A DNA stretch of 63,748 nt, counting the filler, from Octopus bimaculoides (lineage: Eukaryota), in the NCBI RefSeq assembly GCF_001194135.2. It is 6 parts of 6 records of this genome, joined end to end, with 100 filler letters (N's around TTAATTAATTAA, not from the genome) between each part and the next. Parts side by side here need not be neighbours in the genome. Positions count along the whole stretch, not along the records: positions 53,060 to 63,748 come from NC_068987.1; 5 more parts are not named here. One strand, given 5' to 3'. The translations under genes and the position numbers were made by a program. The notes beneath the pieces are model-generated. The model searched no databases, was not told the DNA's origin, and was given only the letters and a program-made list of their open reading frames with translations. Positions 55,352 through 63,748 of this stretch are shown in pieces (positions within the stretch are counted from its first letter, which is position 1; each line of letters opens with the position of its first letter).

Positions 55352-56345
55352 TCAATCCGTAGCGCGTGGAATCCCCCAATTTGATAAAAGAAACCTGTCC
55401 ATGTGTCTATACTTGCTAAAAATTTCAGACCTTGAATTAAGCAGTGTGTTGGAATAGCTGGATCGCTGAAGAATGTGACATTTTTCTACTACGCGTAAGT
55501 TGCATTTCTTAGATCCATTAACACATGGCTTGGGTTTATCCACTATTCTCCACTTAATTGAATGTGGTGCTCTTCAAATTCCATACGTGGCTAGCCAACT
55601 TAGTTTCATTACTTTTATCGATATGCCGGAAAGAAAATGGGTGGTTTGCATAATATCTCTTGAATTCGCCCTCGCATAACCCGATGTAATTCTTCTTTTC
55701 AATTGATTTGTTTTGGAGCGTAGCTGTAACTTCAGCCTCGTAATATGACGAAGTTTATCATACATGCTTGGTCAAGTGGGCGAGTTTCAGGGTCTCGGCA
55801 GTTACAACTGGGAATCGTCTCTTGGTGATTTTTGCAAGTCATAATGTTCTTCATATTGGGGCAGCACCTGTATGGTATTTTCATTGAGCGTCTGGTAAAA
55901 ATTTTCCTGTATTTATGATTTATTGGAAAATGTTTATCTAAAAGAGACGAGACAGAAATTCCTTGCCTACGTTAGTCTTAACATTAAGGGGGAAATGAAG
56001 GGCGAACCAAATTATTTCCTAGGTCCACTGTTTTGTTTATTTTTACCATTCGTAGTTTTATTTAAGGCGTTGTAATATATTTTATCTTTGAAGCCGTTGT
56101 TAGCTAGGGTATTGTTATAGTAGGTGGCTGCTTTATCAAATATTTTTTTAGAAGATAGATTTGATATCGTATTACAAACGTTAGCTATCAGATTTTTAAA
56201 GACTGTAGGGGTGGATGATAGGATTGTTTATGTATAAGCTTCTCGTTTGGATTACGATACAGCTTATAAGAACGGGAGTTTAAATTTAGGTAAACATCTA
56301 AAAAAAATAAACTTCAGTAGTAATAGTGATTTTGATGCCTAATTG
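55352..56345 (-). mobile_element. Penelope-like element, RT thumb, linker and GIY-YIG, degenerate
   Basis: FLDVYLNL...SYHPP; IIWFALHFPLNVKTNVGKEFL; NETKLASHVWNLK; KCNL..VEK..I...LLNSRSEIFSKYRHMDRFLL. Confidence 0.85.
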
Positions 56346-56572
56346 ACTAGCCTGGCTGATTCGCCTTCGACCCATGCGGGTAGGTAGTGTTGATAAACCA
56401 CAAGAATGGTGAAACATCGATGTCCATCACTCCCAAATGGGATTGAGGGATTGAGGGTGAGTTATCCGCTAATCCATGTCTCTAAGGTGTTTTAATAGCA
56501 GCAAAATGAGAATTATATACTCCGCTACACCATTGGAGGGACTCTTGCAAATGCTTTACGGACACAAACTGT

Positions 56573-57010
56573 GTGTCGATAGCCAGCTGGAAAAGATGTT
56601 TTCCTGGGGCTAAAACATCGTCCTTTATATACCACATTCTATTGGCATATGAACATTACATTCTGTTGGCACATAAACGTTACTGCATATCTCTCGCTCA
56701 GAGATTTAAAGCGAGTTGTTTTTCTCTATACGAGATCAGTGACTGTGAGTCGCTTAAAAAAATATATATTATTTGCAAGTGGAGAGAGCTTGCACACTTA
56801 CGCGCGCGCGCATAAACAATTTGCAATAAGTTTTTAGATTGGGAACGAGCTGGAGACAGGATTGTTTGTCACCAGATATATAAATGGCCATTGTGATATT
56901 TAATGCCTAAGTTCTCTAGGTAAATCACTTCATTAAATATATACACCGTTTGTTATATAACATGATAGAGATAAAGCATATAAATGATTTATTTGTCTGA
57001 TTCAGCGATT
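56573..57010 (+). pseudogene. LRR gene relic fragment
   Basis: ILLAHKRYCISLAQRF, ISDCESLKKIYI (ORF 56573); LLYNMIEIKHINDLFV near 56960. Confidence 0.35.
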
Positions 57011-57439
57011 GCTGTATCAGGTGATCATGATTCATGCAGACAGAAGTTTATTGAGATAGGAGTGGCAGTATGATTAGAAGCTTTGCTTCGTAATCACACG
57101 GATTCAGTTTTGATCCGGTTGCGCGTTATTTTAAGTTGTTCCAAACATTTTGAGTAAGATTGAAAGATGAAAATGTACAGAAGCCTACCAGATAATCTGC
57201 GAGTGGTGTGTGGTAGTATCTTCTCCTCTTCCAAACACCCACCGCCATTTAATTGAGAAAAATGTGCCTCTTTACTATCTAGGCCATAACGAAAAGCACC
57301 CCCACTATTGCGTTGTACAAGAGAATGAAAATTTATGGCTTTCTATATAGCACAGCGACAGCTGTTGATCAAATCGAAGAAATTCAAGTGCTTAAATATG
57401 TAATAGAGATCGATGGTTTTAACAGCAAAAATGGCCACG

Positions 57440-58075
57440 CAATCTGTTGAGATGGAAAATAGCGAACGACGACAAATGTAAATGCGGAAAAGTTTTAACT
57501 GCTCAATGGCGATGAAAAGATATATATGGAGGCATAATGAGATCCTCAAAATTCTCTATAGTACCGCCAAGAAGCAGATGGAAGCAATCAGTGGTGACAA
57601 GAAACTGCAGAAGAAAGGCAATAAAGGGTTTATCGCGTTTATCTGTCGAGGTCAGCATTGTTTCCCAAAGCAAAAGAAAACCGTGGATGAGGAATGGAAC
57701 GGAGTATGGGGGTAGCAGCAAATCTTGTTGAGTGTGAATGCTTCTTTCTAATACCACAAGGAAGAAGCTGGATGCTACAATATGATGTGAGGAACATAAA
57801 ATAATATATTTTGTTCAATTAACTGTTCAACACGAAGATAATTTAGATGCAGCCCAGGTTAAGAAATACGCTCGTTTTGAGACGCTACTGAAAAACTGTA
57901 TAGATGCTGGTTGAAGTGCATTACCTCTAGAAGATGGTTGTAGGGGTTTTACTGAGAGCAGACTGAGACGGCGCCTGCTATGAATTGGTGTCCACCATCG
58001 GGTACAAATGCTATCTTGAAGGAGAACCAGTCGATAATTGAGTGGGGCTAGCGATTGGATGACCAGAGATTTTCG
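57440..58075 (+). mobile_element. RLE-type (Hero-like) non-LTR C-terminal fragment
   Basis: C...RYIWRHNEILK; AAQVKKYARFETLLKNCIDAG*SALPLEDGCRGF; GASDWM. Confidence 0.7.
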
Positions 58076-58929
58076 TTTCTTTGAAGAAACCGGCAAATTT
58101 CCTACTGTGAAGTTTCAAAAAATACCCGACTTAAGTAATGCAAGATGGGGAAATTCTAGCTCTTTTGGTATTTATTCTTCAAGCAGAGAAAAGAGTTTTG
58201 CTTCTCAATGTTTGTCGATTCATCTCTTACAGCTGAGCAGATTTTTTGGTTTACTGACCAAATGTTCAGTGCACATAATTATCAGAAGTTATGTGGTAGT
58301 CTTCAAGTTCATAAAAGAGCATTGAACTCTGTAAAAAACTTTTGGAGTCGAGAACCGTCAAAACTGGAAATTCCCAGAAGAAATCAGTGCAGAACGGGCA
58401 TTTAAGTGCCTTCAAGATCTTTATAATGTTTGTAAAAAGAAGGAGAAACATCAGCTTCAATTTATTTTATTTAACAAAACGTATTAATTCTTTATTATGT
58501 TTTAAAATTTGTTAACATTCAGAACCCTTTATCTTATACAGTTATTTAAAATACTATTTCTGCATTGCATTGAGTCAGCAGGCGTTGTGAAACCCTCTAG
58601 AATTTTGCATGATTTGGGTCAAAAGTGGTGATCGATTTCTTAAGTTGAGGGAGACGTTTTTTGTTTTTTTTTTGTTTTTTTTTTTCAAATAAAGCGAAAT
58701 AAATATTAGTTTCCTGACTTTCATGAAATTATTTATTGAATTAGGTTATGAAAAAGTCATAACACTAATATATATATATATATATATATATAAGGTTTAG
58801 ATTTAGATTCAAAATTGAATATGGTACTTATGTTTAGGCACCACAATATAGTATGGTATTATACAAAAACCATTCCAAAAGCGAGGTGATCAAAAATTCA
58901 AAATAAGCAACACGGATTTTAAAGATGAT

Positions 58930-59017
58930 TGCAGTACGCACGTTTCATGCTACTCCATTTATTTAAGTAATGCGAGCATTACATTAAATGCAATATGTAG
59001 AGCAATCTTCAGCTGCA
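58930..59017 (-). ncRNA. Type I hammerhead ribozyme with canonical core
   Basis: Minus strand TGCAG-CTGAAGA-[59-nt hairpin]-GAAAC-gtgc-GTA-CTGCA; perfect 5-bp stem I; GUA cleavage triplet. Confidence 0.8.
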
Positions 59018-60296
59018 CGAAAATGTAGAAAATTACAGTAGAATAGACATATTATAATTGTGGCAACATTTCAAATCCAAGTGGGAAGAAGAATACATAA
59101 AAATCCATCTTGACATAGCTAAGGCTATCAGGCTAGTAATTGGTTCTAGGCTGAATTCTAACTGTCTCTGATTTTATTGTCTCTTATCTAGTAGTTATAG
59201 TATAAAGGGCAATCACTTCTAAGGAAAGGGAAGGTGTAAGCATTATACATGGATATGGTTATAAAGGTTTCTCTGGTCAGAGTGGCAAAACTATTATAGG
59301 TTGGGGTTTTTCTACTACTATCATAACGTTGAGGAATTAAACCTTAAGCATATAGGTCAACAGGGCTTTTTCTTTAGTCTGAATAGAGCATCAGTATTGT
59401 TTTACAGATATCAATATTAGTTTAAACAATATTTTAATAATAAGAAGTATGTTAATAATAAAATGTAATGTAATTAGTTTATACAAAAATCATGAAGTAA
59501 TGTCAATATTGAATTCAGAGGCTATAGATAAGGTGTAAAGTCTAAGAATATTATATATATTGAGCTCAGGAAAAACTATTTTGAATTATTTTTTAAATGA
59601 TTTTAAAATTTAAGCTGATATATATAATAATACTATTTTGAAGACACATAAAATGTAAGCTTTATTTTTATAATGTAAAGAAAAATTAGTATAGGATTTA
59701 TATAGTTTATAATAATGGGTTTATTAAGGTTTAAGGGACAAAAAAAAGGATAATTAGGAATTAACGAGGACATCCACTACAGAAACATGATAATTGATTA
59801 CTAGTTTAATTAGTCATGAACTTGTTTTAAGACTAACATGGGCTAATTAAAGAATATTAATTGAATAAGGATTAGATTTATTTAAGTTAAAAATACAAAA
59901 TAAACAAGACACTATCCCTGCAAGCCCTGAAATAATGTAATAATAATAATGATCCTTTTAGAGTCAAGCATTAAATAAAATTAAAAAATTAATAAAACTT
60001 AAATTAGGGGAACTAATTAAAACCATTTAGAACTTATGAAATTTCCTATTCTTATAAGCTATATAGGGTTAAGATACATATTAAGAACGAACAGCATTAG
60101 CAGAAGTGGTGTGAAAAAATATCTTTCATGGAATAAAGTTGAAATCTTATTTATCACAAGAAGATTATATGTTAAGGTGAGAGATCAGAAATATGTTATA
60201 AAGGTTCAATTTTCAATTTAAAATATGTGCTAAATAATAGCCCTAGATGACCATGGTAGAAGTTAAAATACTATATTTTGATAATTTTAACTACTT

Positions 60297-61716
60297 CTAA
60301 AAAAATTTTAAAGTGCGAGTAGAGCAATGAACACACGATACCCTAAGGTCTAATCTATTATTGATTAGATTAGGATTATTTCTAAGTTTAAAAATTTCAT
60401 ATATTTCCATAGAACATAATTCACATCCATATCTACTATTTCTATAAGGTTGAGCTTTTCTTATAATTTCCCATTTAAGGCTAAAATTAATACCATTATC
60501 TTTTAACTCCCAAATTTTACTTGCTAATGTCGTACTATTTGCCTTATGTCTTAGTCTAAAAGAAAACCTATGGTTATATATTCTCTGTTTCACATTAATG
60601 CTACATCCTATATAAATATAATTCTCGGTTATCGTACTTATAATGCATTTGTACACTACGTTACGGGTGCAACAATTTCCTAATAACGGACAATGGGACT
60701 TATTTCTGAAGTTGCACCTAGTGGTGCTATCAACCCCACCTATATTATTTCTAATATCTCTATTATTATTATTACAATTATTTACACTAATATTATTTAT
60801 CAATTCATCAATTCTACAATTAGTTATATTTTGATCATTTCCATCATTATTTAACTCGTTTCCTGATGTGCTATCAGTTAGAATTATTCCTCCAACATTA
60901 GGCATATTGATATTATATGAACTAGGTCCCTGATTCCTATTATTTTCATTGGAGTTGAGCCCATCATCTACTTCAATTAAACTCTCAACATCAATACTGC
61001 TGCATTCTATTTGTTGGTTAAAATTGTGGTTGGTAGGACTAAGCATATTATTATTATCCTCATAATTTCCATTGTCACTGTTATTTCCACTTCTATTTAT
61101 ATAATTATTAGCAATATTACTATTGGCATCTGTTAGATTATTATTTATATTCATATAACCATATCCACTATTAACTTCATTTATTCTAGCTGACCTGATG
61201 TTCTTTTTGTTTAACCTAGCTATGATTGTACCTACAATAGGAAGGGTAGAGTAAGAAATTCGGACTGTATGACAAGAAAAAATTCTACTATATCTGTGGG
61301 AAGAAGGGAAATTTTTTATAAAATATTCATAAATTTTTTGTAAATATTCGTGGATATTGTACAGTTGAAAGGGATATTTAACCAGATAGAGTTTTTATTT
61401 TTTCTCTTAAATTTATTGTGTCGGTGAATATGGGGTATACTTTGATTGCTATTACTTCCCAGAATAATATTATTATTATGATTGGTAGTTCTTTTTGTTG
61501 TGGAGTATTTTTTTATTTATATCATTAGTTTCGCCATTACTATTTACTAACACAGGTTTATTACTAGTGTTAGCATGTAGTCTACTATTAAAATGTACTT
61601 TATTATTTTTCTTATTAGTTAAATTTTTAGGCATATAGGGTTGCTTCTTATTTGGTCCATTATTATTACTACTTAAGTTATTAGGCTTGTTATAACATCT
61701 ATGATTATTATTATTA

Positions 61717-61778
<62 letters not shown>

Positions 61779-61790
61779 GTTATTATTATT
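60297..61790 (-). mobile_element. Penelope-like element C-terminal ORF (linker, Asn-rich insert, GIY-YIG)
   Basis: IWF..PFNCTISTNIYKKF...NFPSSHRYSRIF..HTVRISYS; ORF 60297-61154 CNFRNKSHCPLLGNC...VVYKC...YIGC...KQRIYNHRFSF...STTLASKIWELK...W.I...CELCSME...LIN.R. Confidence 0.9.
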
Positions 61791-62699
61791 ANNNNNNNNN
61801 NNNNNNNNNNNNNNNNNNNNNNNNNNNNNNNNNNNNNNNNNNNNNNNNNNNNNNNNNNNNNNNNNNNNNNNNNNNNNNNNNNNNNNNNNNNNNNNNNNNN
61901 NNNNNNNNNNNNNNNNNNNNNNNNNNNNNNNNNNNNNNNNNNNNNNNNNNNNNNNNNNNNNNNNNNNNNNNNNNNNNNNNNNNNNNNNNNNNNNNNNNNN
62001 NNNNNNNNNNNNNNNNNNNNNNNNNNNNNNNNNNNNNNNNNNNNNNNNNNNNNNNNNNNNNNNNNNNNNNNNNNNNNNNNNNNNNNNNNNNNNNNNNNNN
62101 NNNNNNNNNNNNNNNNNNNNNNNNNNNNNNNNNNNNNNNNNNNNNNNNNNNNNNNNNNNNNNNNNNNNNNNNNNNNNNNNNNNNNNNNNNNNNNNNNNNN
62201 NNNNNNNNNNNNNNNNNNNNNNNNNNNNNNNNNNNNNNNNNNNNNNNNNNNNNNNNNNNNNNNNNNNNNNNNNNNNNNNNNNNNNNNNNNNNNNNNNNNN
62301 NNNNNNNNNNNNNNNNNNNNNNNNNNNNNNNNNNNNNNNNNNNNNNNNNNNNNNNNNNNNNNNNNTATATATATATATATATACATATACATACATACAT
62401 ATATATATAAGTATATACATATATACATACATACAAACATACATACATACATACATACATACATACATACATACATACATACATACATACATACATGCAT
62501 GCATGCATATACACACACATTTGGGTGCACAGTTTTTTTACAACTGAAACAGCTGCAAGCTAATGAAGATAATTACCTAATTCCTGTTCTTGTCATTAAT
62601 TAATTCATTAATATTTTGTTCTGTACTAGCCTTCCTATTTATATAGAAGTCTGGAGAAGACAATTCACAACTCCTACCCTTTCATTTAATCAAGATAGA

Positions 62700-62790
62700 C
62701 TTGGCCTGAAGAGTAGCCTGCAGTATACACCTCGTTTGGATATTTACCACTTCCGAGGTTTCACTCGCTATGAAACATGTAACCCGGATC
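62700..62790 (+). ncRNA. Hammerhead motif, canonical core, weak stem I
   Basis: CTGAAGA (62706-62712), stem II gtagc/gctat enclosing nested hairpins, GAAAC-at-GTA (62772-62781). Confidence 0.65.
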
Positions 62791-63016
62791 TTATCTACTC
62801 CATTCCTTAACCCCTGTATTCTTATTTGCTATACCCGGCAACCCTGGTCGCCGACGGTGCAATATAAAGAACTGTTTTCAATTTATCGTACTTTGTTATG
62901 AAAAAATCCACAACCTTTCGTCTCAATAAACCACTATTGTTCCTGAAAGTTGTTTTCTGTATTTACAACAGATTGCTTGGAGGTAACATTCTTCCTACAC
63001 CTCGATCCTTGGTTCT

Positions 63017-63047
<31 letters not shown>

Positions 63048-63289
63048 ATATGTATGCATGTCATTGTTCAGTTTTACTTCAAGATTTCTTGCCAATTGAG
63101 AAAGAACTGGTTTCAAGGCTCCTTCAATGGAATTTCAACATCAACAACAGGGCATTTTTGTTCGTATGTATGTATGTATGTATGTATAAGTGCAGATTTG
63201 CATGTTCTGTTTTATGTATATATTCTCATGCATATAGTTTTACATCTAAACATACTGATATATATTTTAAATGATAAACTTCTAGAAAG

Positions 63290-63685
63290 TTTTACAGTTT
63301 TTTACAGTTCAGTAATCGATTGGATCTGTTGTCTTCAAATTAGCTTTCTCCTTCCTGGTTTTGAGAAGCTTAATTTCTCAAGATTGGTATTTACACAGTG
63401 TGTTACATATCCCAGGACCCCAATAATTACAGGTATAAACCTGAACTTCTAATCAAGATAGACTAACTGCAGGTTTCTCAATAGTTCAGCATAGATATTC
63501 TGTTTTTCACGGATCTTCAGCTTTATGTTAACATCCGCTGTGCAACGAATTTCCACAACTGTACACAGTTTCTCTTCACTATCCCAAATCATTATATCAG
63601 CTCTACATTTTCTTGATGTCTTTATTGGGACATTCCACCAGTACTCCTTTTTATTATGAGTGGCTATGGCTTCTACCATACTGTG
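63290..63685 (-). mobile_element. RLE-type non-LTR retrotransposon endonuclease fragment
   Basis: EYWWNVPIKT...RADIMIWD..KLCTVVEIRCTADVNI..K..EK...Y..L.RNLQL.Y.D*YKFRFIPVIIGVLG; (ACAT)n tail near 63160-63190. Confidence 0.85.
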
Positions 63686-63748
63686 GGTTCTTATTTCTTT
63701 ATGTATATATGTATGTATGTATGTATGTATGTGTATATATAAGATCGG

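Overview
AT-rich animal genomic DNA with about 7 kb (~11%) of N gaps. The SINE families and dense (AT)n/(CA)n/(ATAC)n/(AAT)n microsatellites suggest a coleoid cephalopod, most likely Octopus (inference). I find no intact host protein-coding gene; most entries in the ORF track are microsatellite or N artefacts. What can be supported: (1) many tRNA-derived SINEs; (2) decayed retroelements, namely three Penelope-like elements (PLEs), three RTE 3' ends, Tx1/L1 endonuclease and RT relics, and three restriction-like-endonuclease (RLE) LINE fragments; (3) two MITEs; (4) six PLE-type hammerhead ribozyme motifs, one apparently canonical and intact and several with a recurrent non-canonical UCGAAGA core; (5) a near-identical ~130 bp element present twice (30.5 and 35.4 kb) inside an older diverged duplication, folding like a pre-miRNA; (6) frameshifted, intronless leucine-rich-repeat (LRR) gene relics, all on the + strand, from 0.16 to 57 kb, suggesting a decayed tandem LRR-receptor array broken up by transposons. 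All translations and folds were done by eye and need computational confirmation.
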